64,000 nt of DNA from Pecten maximus (taxonomy: Eukaryota): the NCBI RefSeq assembly GCF_902652985.1, contig NC_047015.1, forward strand, positions 39,618,001 to 39,682,000, in the 5' to 3' direction. Below, piece after piece: positions 1 to 14,299 of the stretch. The translations under genes were made by a program, and so were the position numbers. The notes under the pieces were generated by a model. The model saw only the letters and a list, made by a program, of their open reading frames with translations. It was not told the DNA's origin and did not search any database. Every line of letters begins with the position of its first letter. Position 1 is the stretch's first letter.

Positions 1-1307
1 TGCAGATAATTTGCTTAATCAGTAATGCAATAATTTCTTATTATGACATCTAGCCTGATAACCTATCAAATTGGTATTGTTGTAAAGTTTCAGGAAAATG
101 AAAGGGTTTATTTATACGTATGTATGTGCATAGTATAACATAACCTGTTTATATATATTTATTACTTATATAATATTCCTTTACATGGATCTGTCGAAGA
201 CCAGTTATTTGCAACATGATATACAAAATATCTAGCATACCCCAATTATTTTGAAAATAAAATGAATGTTTTCTATGATTTTTTTCATACATACTTCATG
301 AAAAAAAAAAAAACAACAAGCATACAGTATTATGTAACACGAGGTGCAAATTGTTCTACAATTTTTGTTGTTTAAAGAGTCGATACCATGATTTGACTCA
401 CATATGTAATAATTCAAGTTGAAATGTCGTTCTGTAATTAAGTGATTTGGGGAAATTAAGAATTATTTCTTTTCAGACGGACAGCTTCTGGCATTTTCTG
501 TCCAAAATCGTCTTACATGATTGATTATTTATTGTATGAATTGATAACGTGAATAACGCATTGCTCTTTTAACTATAGATTATTTACTATTCTATCAAAG
601 TAACCTTAAAATGATGTCAGTAAGAAATAGCTCTTGGTTTACATTATGTATCATAATTACTGTGGCTAGAAAAATAATATAAAACTATGATATACGAGTT
701 ATCTCTCTTCTCTAAATGAATTGCACCTCTTCTCTAAATGTTAGTTTATAAATGTAGTTTTGTTATTTATTGTCATGTATATTTAGCATGACCTTCATTT
801 TACGTGTGTACACGTTTTGTAAAGCTGAAAAATATAGAGCATCAACGCAGAGAAAATATTCAGAGAGTATTTTGTGAACAGAATTCATGTACATTTAACC
901 AGCATTTAAATATGTTTGATCTGTTTTTATTTACTTTTGTATTCATTTCCCTCCGGCGATTACTACATCTATCACCACTCCATTGTATTGTAGGACAGTT
1001 ATGTGCCGATCGGCTATGCGATACGGCCATGTGGTATGTATTTACGTGCATTTTTATTCTCAGAAACAATCGCCTCTCGGCCACAGATTACTGGAAAATG
1101 TAAGCACACGTTATTCCCTGACAGATATGTGTACTTCATAGGGAATGTGCAAAACCAGCATGTAGCTTTACCATTTTTCGGAAATAAAACTACATTCATT
1201 CATTTCCTTCAAATTGATCAAAGTTATAAGAAATACTTTGACTGTTAGTATATGCTATATGCTATTATATCCTATGTACATTTATCTTATGACTCGAAGG
1301 GATAATT

Positions 1308-1662
1308 TAAGGATTAACATCAATTATTTTTTTCTGTTATACAGTCATAACAAAAAATACTGGAGTGTACTCTAAATAAACCGCGAAGCGGTTTATGAAG
1401 AGAGTACACTCCAGTTTTTTATGTTATGACTGTATAACAGAAAAAATAATTAATGTTAATTCTTATAATTTAATTTCGTCTTTTACACACCAAGATATTT
1501 CACTTTCTTTGGCGACCTCTTTTCTGTGATAAATTATTACGCAACGTCATCAGCCAATCAAAAATGACGTTACATTTCGCAACGTCAAAAATTTTGTTAT
1601 GGAGGTATAACAAAATTATTTCAGCCAATGAAAATACGTGTTTCATACAAAATTAAATTATA
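1308..1662. mobile_element. Non-autonomous foldback element with internal complementary region (tyrosine-recombinase-type, DIRS/Crypton-like architecture)
   Basis: Inverted arms 1308-1373 and 1401-1465 around a central hairpin taaaccGCGAAGCggttta; 1466-1479 (taatttaatttcgt) is the reverse complement of the right end 1647-1660 (acaaaattaaatta, 13/14); extra hairpin at 1590-1617. The superfamily assignment is inference. Confidence 0.6.
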
Positions 1663-2569
1663 TACTAGATATTGACCTTAATGTTTTTTTGAGAAAATGA
1701 TTATACCATGAACTAGTATTGTTAACAGTAGATGGCATCAACACAATATTCCATCAATATAACAAGTATATACTCTCATAGAAAGTGTTCACCCGTTATC
1801 CCAATTGGGGACAAACGAGAAAATCAAACGAATTACCATGTATGAAATAAAAATGACTTGATATATAAAGGAATCAATTTACTGAATTGAATTAGCATTA
1901 TCAACCAGTAGACATTTATTTGCTTTTTATTTTCTTTTTAACTTACGTAATACGTAATATTGATATTTATAAATGAAGCCGAATCAACACAACACACTAT
2001 CGCTTACTAACACGTTATCAGATTAAACAGTTATGAATCTCACCATAGCATTTTATATTGCTACTTATCAAATTTAAGTTACTTAAATTAGAAACGATAT
2101 GTTGGATAGAGCTTATATAACCAATAACAATTTTGTTGTAATATTAACGTATCATATCTTTAAGAAAAGTTAAAGCATGTCTCTGAATTCAACAACTCGA
2201 CTAAATTTCGGATAACATGCATACGAATACAGGGCTTTACTGGAAAATAATATAGATATTAGAAAAACGACTTTAAGGAAGGCAGGGGAGGCCAGAGCGT
2301 GTTGATATAGGTAACCAAGATAAAATATAAACATGGGTTGATAGTTTAACACATGCAATACACAGAAAGCTAAGTAAGAAAATTTGGAAGCATAACTAAT
2401 ACATGTAAATCCAAAATTATTTGATCACACACTGCCAGCGAGCAAAGGGAAATAATTCTTCACTATATGACGAATTTACCTCCCTTGCCTCAAGTTAGTA
2501 ATACATTTTAGTTGGTTTTACTGATATATCTACTAATTGTTTCATTTTTTTTTCAACTTATAAACGCCC

Positions 2570-3420
2570 TCTCCCATCAAACAAATACATTACATGAAAA
2601 TATTATCTGACATAGACACAAGTTTGCAAGAAAGAGTACAAGAATATAGAGCAAAATCTATTTCTGGATTTGATGTAATTTTGCACATGTCGGAACACAA
2701 GAGAGTTTCGGTCTACAGAAAGATATGAATTCCCAAACAAGAGAAGATCTAAAACCAAAACCAAACCAAAGGCATTTTAACTTTGAAACATATTCAATCT
2801 TTCCAATTAATACAATTTGCATTGAAAGAAAAAGTGAAAGGCATTTTCGCTTGGATGTCCACAGGTGCAAAACGGATCATTAATAAGATTTACTTGATAC
2901 AGATCATTTGAAAACACTACATTTGTGCCTCAATGTAAAGTATTTAACTTTCTTTCATTATAACTGTAGTATGTAGGTGGAGATGGTTGTACATTTGAGA
3001 TTAAAGAGTTTTTGAACACATTCGGGGAAGGCAATGGTCGTATAGATAGATCTAATAAGTTCCAGCTACGAATAGTGGAAGGTATAAACGAGAGATTTGT
3101 TAGAGACAGCCCAAAAGGAGGAACTCGATAATCACTATTATTTCTTGGAGCGTATCCGTTATTTTCTGCAACAGTTTGTGGAAGATCATTTAAATACTCC
3201 GGAGATAACATTATGCATTTCATATAAAAGTTGGAGACTTATACGTTTTCGACGATTTAAAAGAGTATCTAAACGAGTTTCAAAATGTAGATTTTCTATA
3301 CGTGCATACGAAGGAAGGCCTGTTATGATACGCACATCTTCCCTTTGACCTTTCTCTAACAATTCAGTTTCAAATCAACTAATTAATTAAATTATTTTCA
3401 GCAGCGTAAGGAATAATATT
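2570..3420 (-). mobile_element. Degenerate non-LTR retrotransposon (CR1/L2-like) ORF2 3' fragment
   Basis: Minus-strand translations, with stops and frameshifts, give VRIITGLPSYARIENL, SFIPSTIRSWNLL, FKNSL...PPTYYSY and a CTCG...HFFFQC zinc-knuckle-like tail, all typical of the region C-terminal to RT in CR1-group LINEs. Confidence 0.8.
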
Positions 3421-4802
3421 TGGTCATTATAGATGAAAATGAACTCAAAGACTTTGAATTGCATCCTTTGAGTTTGAAATAAGAACTCCCAATTCATAGT
3501 AGAGGGGAAAATGATGGCAATGCCAGTATATTTAACAGGATCACTGTTGCATCAACACCTTTAAAGAAGATAAAAAAAACTAACACCGTTTTTTATATAT
3601 CATACTAGTTTATTAGAGTATAATTGAGAAGAAGACTCAGGTATAATACAATATTGTCAAGGATAATCCTAATTTGGCGTCGTGTATGGTGGCATCTTTC
3701 CGTCATAGTACTTCTTCTCTATCTAATCAATCTATGTATTGTTTTCTTCTTTTTCTCAAATCACATATTATCCTTCTAATGATAAATAGTCAAACTTCGT
3801 TACTTTGAAATCTGATAACTCGAAGTCCCTGCTTAACACGAAATAACAATTCAGCTTCGACAGTAGAATTGTTTATATTATACCCAATTTCATTGATTAC
3901 ATGGGATGTGTCGAAAAAAGACTTCGAAATAAAGAGGTTTAACTGTACGTCTGTAATGATGATTGAAAGTAAATGAAATTGTTTAATGATGGATACACAT
4001 ACAAAAGCAAAGCATTCCACCACAAATATACTAATCGTAGAAGGACAAATAACACTTTGTTATCAAACTTTATATGGTTTAAGCAATTCAACAATTACTA
4101 CTTTTAATATAATATAATATACATTGTGTAAGTGAACATGTAAAAAGAGAATGACGCATGCGGTATGTCGCTACTGATAACATATTGTATACACCATGAC
4201 AAAATATAAGTTGATTAGGAGGAAGCACAGCTCCATTCTTCAATACAAGTACAGGATGTAGGAACACAAAAGAAAATTTCCAAACCAGATACATTAACTT
4301 TCTATCAAGGACAAATCATACTCATTTAGCTGCTAGTATGTGGTGTATACTTTGTGTATCTATTATCAAGTGAAGTTCACAATGACCATTATAGACAGAA
4401 AATCTCGATTATGTTGGGTATTTATCGTGATGTACCATACATTTGTATCTGTCTACCACTATCTTCCCATATCTACCCGGTAGTACTAGTGGATATACTA
4501 TCAGTATTTCAGTAACAACAGATAACCTAACAGCACACTGGGGATGACAAATGATAAAGTCTTCGTCCGTTATCAGATAGCAGATACTGTTAATAAAGTC
4601 ACTGGGACAGCTCTCCCGCCACATGATTTATCATATGTTGAACGTTAAACATACATACTAACACATGAGATGATTGAAGGACATTACACAGGTATAAAAG
4701 AGGACAAAAGAAATGTAAATTAAAGTTAATCAGAAAACAAATGTTTAAAACGAGAAACGTTAAGAAAACCCATGAAGCAGGCTTACATTGATTAACTTTG
4801 TA

Positions 4803-7029
4803 TTAAACGAAAGATGAGGCAATGGATACAAACAATAATGTCATGGATAAGACATTAACCCCACTACCAGAATCAGTGGTGTTTGGGTGAACACTCGTTG
4901 TGATGAATACAGAAGTACTAGATGGAAACGGTTTCAGTGATGTCTTAGAACTATTTGCAGGTGGTGTCGGACTAGAAGCAGTAGTTGGACTGGCAGTTGT
5001 CGTATGACTAGGGTCGGTAGCTTCATTGGTAGTTCCCGTCCCACTCTTAGTTGGTGCTGAAGTAGTATTCATTTGGCTACAGAAAATAAAAACAAATACT
5101 TTAGACGGATTATGCCAAAACAAATAATTATTTTGGATTTTAAAAATGTAAAACGTCTTTCTTCTTGTTTTTCTATGAATTAATTGAATACACTTTTTAT
5201 TGTGACCAATGAGATGTGTTAAAAACTCCCATTTTGTGCTGATATTTGGCATGAAGAGAGCCAGAGTATGGTTTTCTTAAGTTAGCAGAAATGAATAACT
5301 TTGATCCGCCTTTATATGACTGAAATCACCTAATAGTCAAGTACATTGAACCAATTCTGAATAAGCATTGACGAATGATATTTTGGTCAGTTGAATTATG
5401 GATGAAAAATCATTTTATTCATGTCATGGTCATGCGATTGAATTTATATATATTTATGCATGCTTCACATAAAACTAAAACCAATGATTGAATTGAAAAG
5501 GCTATCTTATACAAGATGACAATTTATTATAGAAACATGAAAATTATTATCATCAGAATATTTTGAAAAACTCATCATAAGATGGCTAATTCCGCATCAG
5601 CATTAGAACAAAATACAAATTCTATGACAATTTACATCCTTAGGTTGGTATTCGACAGAATTACGCCAGTATTCGAACACAATACAAATTGTATGACAAT
5701 TTACATCATTAGGTGGATATTTGACAGAATTACGCAAAACCGTATTACTTTTATAAGGTCGTAATGAGGGTTGGTTTCAAAATACATTTTTTGTAGCTTG
5801 ATTTTAAGATTTAATGCTAGATGCATTAAAACCAAATGGCGATGATGGAAAAAAAATCCAAGTGAAGGAAAGTTAACAGCCAATCAGCGTCCAGCAAGTG
5901 CTGAATACTCTCGGGGCCCCAAACGGGATACAAAGGCCCCATACAGAATACGATTACAAAAGAAAATCAATGTGTTAAAGCATATTTATGCATGCTCCAC
6001 ATAAAACTAAAACCAATGATTGAATTGAAAATTATTATAGAAACATGAAAATTAGTATCATCAGAATATTTTGAGCTCATAAGCTCATCATAATATGGCT
6101 AATTCCGCATCAGTATTAGAACAAAATACTAATTGTATGACAGTTTACATCTTAAGTTTGGTATTCGACAGAAATACGCCCCACAGCAAACAAGCATTAT
6201 TTGCTGCCCCACATATATGAAATTGCAAAAAAGTTTATAGATATTAGTAACAAGAATGGCATTTTCAATTCTGTAGTGTTCAGACTGACATCAATTGATT
6301 AATGCCAGCATATTTTAAAGGATATGTCGCACAAGTTGGATTTTTTTCTAATTGTTCTGCACATTTTAAGAACACTTCTAGTTATTTTTACAACTGCATG
6401 TATTGCTAGCATGAAATTGACATATTCCCCCGCCCAATATATAATTAGACCGATTAATAAAGCGCATTTGAAAATCCGGAACTGAAATTTCATGTTTTAT
6501 TATATGGTTAATTGAGGCATGCCATTTCCAAAATAACACAAGCAGATACGTTTTTACGTTTATTAGAAAAACAGTAACTTAAAAATCATAACAAATTACT
6601 CCTTTATTCTTAGCTTATGCCAATATCAAAGTCACTTTTTGATATAAAAATGCAAAGATTATCACTAAAAGTAAAATCTAAATAGCTAATACACCATCAG
6701 CGTAATTGCTCTGAAATGTTGACGTTAATGTATAAAGAGACTGATATTGGATAATGTATAACGAGAGTGATATTGGATAGTGTATAACGAGACTGACAGT
6801 AGATTAATGTGTAACGAGAATGATAGTGGATAATGCATAACAAGACTGATAGTGGATAATGTATAACGACTTTGAACGCCCATAAACAGTTAAGTAAAGA
6901 GACATTACATTTAGATATGCTGCTTTAATTGTTGATGGTTTAACAAGATATTTGGTCACCAACTTACCTTACAGCTGTTTGAAGGCAAAGGAGTATGACG
7001 AAAACCGAGAGAAACATTACAGAGGCCAT
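4803..7029 (-). CDS. Small putative GPI-anchored mucin-like protein (111 aa), 2 coding exons: 7029-6968, 5076-4803
   Basis: Exon A encodes MASVMFLSVFVILLCLQTAV-S (signal peptide) and ends AG|GTAAGT. Exon B follows ttttctgtag in matching phase 2 and encodes QMNTTSAPTKSGTGTT...HPNTTDSGSGVNVLSMTLLFVSIASSFV*: S/T/P-rich, then small residues and a hydrophobic C-terminus with no cytoplasmic tail. Confidence 0.75.
5450..6180. repeat. Local ~200-bp direct duplication (5450-5668 and 5982-6180)
   Basis: Both copies read atatttatgcatgct..cacataaaactaaaaccaatgattgaattgaaaa...ggctaattccgcatcag...ggtattcgacagaa; the first copy has a ~24-bp extra segment. Confidence 0.85.
6725..6870. repeat. Short array of the 26-bp gataatgtataacgagactgatagtg minisatellite
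   Basis: About 5 units matching the large array at 7490-10620. Confidence 0.85.
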
Positions 7030-7489
7030 TTTCCTCTTTATTTCTGTTCAATGAAGTAAATCTGCAATGTAATTTAAACATATCTGTCAGTCAAATTATA
7101 TCATATCGCATGAAAAAAACTACTTGGAGATGGACAAGTGTTTAGCAGTGTATATTATGCAACAAACAATCACATTCATGTTTTTCCGTGTCTGATCATA
7201 TACCCTGGTGATTTCAGAAATATTATACATGTGATATACAGCATCATTTAATCCTACATCATTTCGAAGGGATAATTCGCAATGGCTTCTAGATTGCTTA
7301 CAGATATAATCTACATGATGTATTATCACTAATTTGAGCCATGGAATGTTGTGTATTCAACCGGGCAATACGTCAAGAAAATGCATTTTAATCGTTTGCT
7401 AAGATGCATACGATAATCATATTTAGTATTTTCATAAGGTAGTTAATGTTTCAGTAAATAAATGCGAAGAACTAAAAAAACTTTAATGA

Positions 7490-10400
7490 ACGATACTGAT
7501 AGTGGATACTGTATAACAAGACTGATAGTGGGTAATGTATAACGATAGTGGATAACGAAAACGAGAATGATAATTGATAATGTATAAAGAGACTGATATT
7601 GGATAATGTATAACGAGAGTGATATTGGATAATGTATAACGAGAGTGATATTGGATAGTGTATAACGAGATTGACATTAGATTAATGTGTAACGAGACTG
7701 ATAGTGGATAATGCATAACAAGACTGATAGTGGATAATGTATAACGAGACTGATAGTGGATACTGTATAACGATACTCACAGTGGATAATGTATAACGAG
7801 ACTGATATAGGTAATGTATAACGAGACTGACAGCGAATAATGTATAACGAGACTGACAGCGAATAATGTATAACGATACTCACAATGAATAATGTATAAC
7901 GAGACTGATAGTGGGTAACATATATCGAGAATGATAGTGGGTAATGAATAACAAGACTGAAAGTGGATAATGAATATTGAAAATGATACAGATAATGTAT
8001 AACGAGACTGATATAGGTAATGTATAACGAGACTGATATAGGTAATGTATAACGAGACTGATAAAGATAATGTATAACGAGACTGATAAAGATAATGTAT
8101 AACGAGACTGATAAAGATAATGTATAACGAGACTGATACAGATAATGTATAACGAGACTGATAAAGATAATGTATAACGAGACTGATAAAGAAAATGTAT
8201 AACGAGAGTGATATTGGATAATGTATAACGAGACTGATAGTGGATACTGTATAACGATACTCCCAGTGGATAATGTATAACGAGACTGATATAGGTAATG
8301 TATAACGAGACTGGTAAAGATAATGTATAACGAGACTGATACAGATAATGTATAACGAGACTGATATAGGTAATGTATAACGAGAGTGATATTGGATAAT
8401 GTATAACGAGACTGATAGTGGATACTGTATAACGATACTCCCAGTGGATAATGTATAACGAGACTGATATAGGTAATGTATAACGAGACTGATATAGGTA
8501 ATGTATAACGAGACTGATAGTAGATTAATGTGTAACGAGAATGATAGTGGTTAATGCATAACAAGACTTATAGTGGATAATGTATAACGAGACTGATAGT
8601 GGATACTGTATAACGGGACTGATAGTGGATAATGTATAACGAGACTGATAGTAGATTAATGTGTAACGAGAATGATAGTGGATAATGTATAACGAGACTG
8701 ATAGTAGATTAATGTGTAACTAGAATGATAGTGGATAATGTATAACGAGACTGATAGTGGATAATATATAACGAGGATGATAGTAGAAACGGTATAACGG
8801 GACTGATAGTGAAAAATGTACAACGAGACTGATAGTGGGTAACATATATCGAGAATGATAGTGGATAATGTATAACGAAACTGCCAGTAGAAAATCAATA
8901 TTGAAAGTGATAGTGGATAATGTATAACGAGACTGGTAAAGATTTTGTATAACGAGACTGGTAAAGATAATGTATAACGAGACTGATACAGATAATGTAT
9001 AACGAGACTGATATAGGTAATGTATAACGAGAGTGATATTGGATAATGTATAACGAGACTGATAGTGGATACTGTATAACGATACTCCCAGTGGATAATG
9101 TATAACGAGACTGATATAGGTAATGTATAACGAGACTGATATAGGTAATGTATAACGAGACTGATAGTAGATTAATGTGTAACGAGAATGATAGTGGTTA
9201 ATGCATAACAAGACTTATAGTGGATAATGTATAACGAGACTGATAGTGGATACTGTATAACGGGACTGATAGTGGATAATGTATAACGAGACTGATAGTA
9301 GATTAATGTGTAACGAGAATGATAGTGGATAATGTATAACGAGACTGATAGTAGATTAATGTGTAACTAGAATGATAGTGGATAATGTATAACGAGACTG
9401 ATAGTGGATAATATATAACGAGGATGATAGTAGAAACGGTATAACGGGACTGATAGTGAAAAATGTACAACGAGACTGATAGTGGGTAACATATATCGAG
9501 AATGATAGTGGATAATGTATAACGAAACTGCCAGTAGAAAATCAATATTGAAAGTGATAGTGGATAATGTATAACGAGACTGGTAAAGATTTTGTATAAC
9601 GAGACTGGTAAAGATAATGTATAACGAGACTGATATAGGTAATGTATAACGAGACTGATAAAGATAATGTATAACGAGACTGGTAAAGATAATGTATAAC
9701 GAGACTGATAAAGATCATGTATAACGAGACTGATATAGGTAATGTATAAAGAGACTGATAAAGATAATGTATAACGAGACTGATAGTAGATTAATATGTA
9801 ACGAGACTGATATAGGTAATGTATAACGAGACTCACAGTGAATAATGTATAACGAGACTGATAGTGGATAATGTATAACGAAACTGACAGTAGACAATGA
9901 ATATTGAAAGTGATAGTGGATAATGTATAACGAGACTGGTAAAGATTTTGTATAACGAGACTGGTAAAGATAATGTATAACGAGACTGATATAGGTAATG
10001 TATAACGAGACTGATAAAGATTTTGTATAACGAGACTGATAAAGATAATGTATAACGAGACTGATATAGGTAATGTATAACGAGACTGATAAAGATGATG
10101 TATAACGAGACTGATAAAGATAATGTATAACGAGACTGATAGTGGATAATGTATAAAAAGACTGATAAAGATCATGTATAACGAGACTGATAAAGGTAAT
10201 GTATAACGAGACTGATAAAGATAATGTATAACGAGACTGATAGTGGATAATGTTTAACGAAACTGACAGTAGACAATGAATATTGAAAGTGATAGTGGAT
10301 AATGTATAACGAGACTGATAAAGATTTTGTATAACGAGACTGGTAAAGATAATGTATAACGAGACTAATATACGTAATGTATAAAGAGACTGATAAAGAT

Positions 10401-10620
10401 AATGTATAACGAGACTGATATAGGTAATGTATAACGAGACTGATATAGGTAATGTATAACGAGACTGATAAAGATAATGTATAACGAGACTGACAGCGAA
10501 TAATGTATAACGAGACTGATAAAGATAATGTATAAAGAGACTGATAAAGATAACGTATAACGAGACTCACAGTGAATAATGTATAACGAGACTGATAGTG
10601 AGTAATTCATATCGAGACTT
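7490..10620. repeat. Large 24-26-bp minisatellite (gataatgtataacgagactgata[gtg/aa/tag]) with a higher-order ~647-bp duplication
   Basis: More than 100 tandem units. Variant patterns recur at a 647-bp offset (identical ORF starts at 8564/9211, identical ORF ends at 8656/9303). Confidence 0.95.
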
Positions 10621-11164
10621 GGAATGTGTTTATAAGTGTAAAGGTTTTTAGTAGGTCTAAGTAGGGAGAATTTGATGTCAATAATGAAACTTAAAGTTTG
10701 ACAAATAGTTGTATCATTGTCTGGAAAAGGGAAATATCATGTGATCTAACTTCAATAGCTCATTTGAATAGTGACATAACCACAATAGTTATAGCTGGAC
10801 AGTTGGACATCCAGGTTAGAGGTAACTAAATTTGTGCTGAAGTAATGATGACTGGATCAATGGTGACTATATAGCGTTTGCTGTATTAGTGGGGGTGATG
10901 AATTTGTAGTTGGTCAATGAATTAAGTTGATTCGCGATCAGCAGTAAGTGGATTATTGGAGAGAAAGGTTTGAATACGTATGGTGGATTTATTATCCACT
11001 AATCAATGGATAAATGGTGGTCAAATCAACAAATCACTACAGCTGGTAGCACTACAGATTTCAGTTGCCTTTAGCCTCCTACAGAATCATTAGACACCAT
11101 TTATGAATTGGTTAATTGGTTAATTGGTTGCTCTATCGTATCTTAATTCTCAATTTGTACTGTT

Positions 11165-11447
11165 GATAATGTATAACGAGGATGATAGTGGATAATATAT
11201 AACGTTAATGATAGTGGATAATGTATAACGAGAATGATAGTGGATAATGTATAACGTGAATGATAATGGATAATATATAACGTGAATGATAGTGGATAAC
11301 ATATAACGTGAATGGTAGTGGATAATTTATAACGAGGATGATAGTGGATAATATATAACGAGAATGATAGTGGATAATATATAACGAGAATGATAGTGGA
11401 TAATATATAACGAGAATGATAGTGGATAATATATAACGAGACTGAAC
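11165..11447. repeat. Third array of the same 26-bp minisatellite (gataatatataacgagaatgatagtg variant)
   Basis: About 11 tandem units seen directly. Confidence 0.9.
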
Positions 11448-14299
11448 ATTGATGCTAGACTTTGGTACAACACTTCTACTTCTCTGTACGTTTGATGCTA
11501 ATACTTTATATTTAAAACCACTCGCTGTCCAGGTAGACATTGTTATATTTGAGACTGTGTTGTGGTGGAGTATGACACAGGTACACACATTGGGAGGAAC
11601 GCGAGAGATAAAGATAAAGGCAGATGTGGTCAACGGATCAATCGCTGTAACACTTTCGTATTTCAGTGTGCTTGAATTTAGATTTCTACTTTTTACACAA
11701 TAATTTATCTTAGTATATATCATCAGTTTTTTCTGAATATCAGAAAAAAGTTTACAGAGTTATTGAACTACAAATAGACGTTATTGTATCGAAGTATTGT
11801 GAAGTTATTATAAAAAAAACGGGATGTGTATTGTCTGTAAAGCTGTCCGTGCTTAGAGGTAGCCTGGTGGCGTTATCTCTGTTGATGCGTGATAGTGTTG
11901 TATGCAAACTATGATGTCATGTTAAGGGCGTACGGCATTTATAAAAAAAAAATACAAATTCCAAGTCGAGAATCGACCTTCTTCCTTTCCATCTACCCAA
12001 ACTAGACACGAAAACGGTTTATTACTAATAAATTACATAATTCACACACAAACACACCGATACATCTATCACCCTCCCTTCACCAACCACACTCCAGTAA
12101 ACATGGACGATGCCAATGATATAAGGAAGAGCTTTTCTGTTTGTATAGAATGGTCGGCTTTATTCTTTAACAACAGGTATATCCTAAATACAAATTTAGA
12201 TGAAGAATAGATAAATATTACGGTATTTAGTGTCTATTACACTTAATTCAGACAGAAAGATAGTGAGTATTTACCATTGTTAAGTATAACAAAATCTTAT
12301 GTAGTATATGTTTATCCTAGTACAGATAATACATCAAGTTTTACATGTTACAGACATCCTTATGCATAGAAATAAATCAGTTGTATATAAATTGCATTCA
12401 TTAATTTAATAGATTAATTGTACGACCTATAAAAAGGTATACACAGTAGATAAATATGCATTGAACATGTAATCATGTGGCAACGATAGGAATACCAAAT
12501 CACATCCCGCAAGTTGATCACAACAAAAATGACGGCACGTGGGTTGTTTAAATTTTAAAAAGATTTATGTATTTACACATCATATTATTTTCATACATAA
12601 GTGACAATTATCACTTCCTTTGTGAATGGATATCTCAATCGCTTTCATGTTTTCGAGTTTTCCCCACATACCATATTATACCAAAACCAAAGTTGATATT
12701 TGTAGTTAAAATGCATGATTTTAAAAGAAAAAGTGATAATAATACGTACCTGAGAATGTATGACAGCTTCTCCCTGCAGATACAACATAGAATGTCACGC
12801 GATAAAGCTCAAGATATGAATTTATCAGGTTGGTCACTATGACGTTCGTGTCACCGTTTGGGTTACACCCACTTTACGTTTTGGGTAGATTTGTATCGAG
12901 AAAAACACCCCGTCATGGTGGCAATGCAAACACATTGAGGAAATACCTTGGTCTCCTAGCAATTGTTCTTCTCGGAATTGTTTCCCTCTTCCTGCATTTA
13001 ATGTTTATTATCTCCTAACAACGTGATACGAAATATTGATGTATTGATCCTAGTTATCCTTTTCTGCTTAAAATGTCCTTATTGTTTTGACAAATTTGTT
13101 TAACAATCTTACTTTCACAATGATTAATTTTCGCCATTTCACTCTTCTAAGAAGTGAAGGAGGTTTTTTCCCTTTTCCACCTGGACAACAATAGGAAATA
13201 AAACCAGTTGCGATTGATTAATCACGAAAATAAATTGCACACGATATGTGTTGGTTAACAGTATTCATTTTTCCTTTTCACATAGGAACACCTCTGGCCA
13301 TCTCAAAACCTACAACTTAATGTCTTTCGTATACTTTCATCTAGTGAAATAATAGACATGATGTGCATTTCTCACCATGTGATTTCTTTACCGCTTATCT
13401 ATCACCGCTTAAAATGTCTGTTTTTTTCTCTCAGTCTATAATCTAATATTGATACGCCTAGTGGTTCCGTTTTCACTAACATAGTTCTCGTTTTGAAAAT
13501 GGTACTTCATCCGTATTCGACCTAGATTTGTATCCCGGATATCGTCGATAAAGCATAAGACGTATACACTTTTCGGAACACCAGGTCCGTGTTCATTGAT
13601 ATTTCACTACCTACAATCATTTTTAAGTCCTTATAAGTATGACTCAGAGCTTATAATGCACCATTATCGACATAAGCTATATAATTGATACCCCCCCCCC
13701 CCAAAAAAAAGTATATTATAATAATTGTTTGTAACGTGCACGTGGTGCTGTATTAACCCCATTCAAGTTTTTCATTATTTTGTTTTACTTTAGAGTAAGT
13801 ATCTACGATTGTATGACTGTTGATAAAGTATTTTTACATCAATAATAATAATTCTAAGTTGTTCTCCTACATTACCTGGTATGGTAATCTGAACGTGCAG
13901 CCCTATTATGTATATAAATGTAACGCTAAGCTTGAATAAACTTCCATCCTTGAAATTTCAGTGGTTGCGTTTATGACTGAACTTCGACCCCCTAAGAAAA
14001 TATTTCCATATGCTTAATTGTCCAGAAAGTCAGCTCCTCTGCAGTTGATTCGAATCAAATAAATAAATGCATATGGCTTCATGACTGGAAAGTTATTTTA
14101 TTCTACTCCTACAAAAATATCAAATCCACAATACATGCAAGTCCGAAAACAACCTCTTTATTCTACTTTATTGTACAATCAGGTAGAATATCAATCAATA
14201 GTGTTTTGCTGGTTTATACTGACTCAACACTTAATACTATATCTCTCGCATCTAAGTGGTTTATTCTTTACGAAAACGAAAAGTGTCACATGAAACAAA

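Noticed and set aside
3670-3725. Possible small terminal exon IEKKYYDGKMPPYTTPN*
   Set aside because: Weak acceptor, no partner exon and no recognisable homology.
4803-5076. Mucin-GPI exon as an alternative tail for the carboxylesterases (also phase 2)
   Set aside because: It has its own in-phase signal-peptide exon, and such splicing would delete conserved C-terminal esterase elements.
7483-11723. Many 60-295-aa minus-strand ORFs (YQSRYTL / SVSLYII repeats)
   Set aside because: Translations of the 24-26-bp minisatellite; overlapping frames and no splice or domain support.
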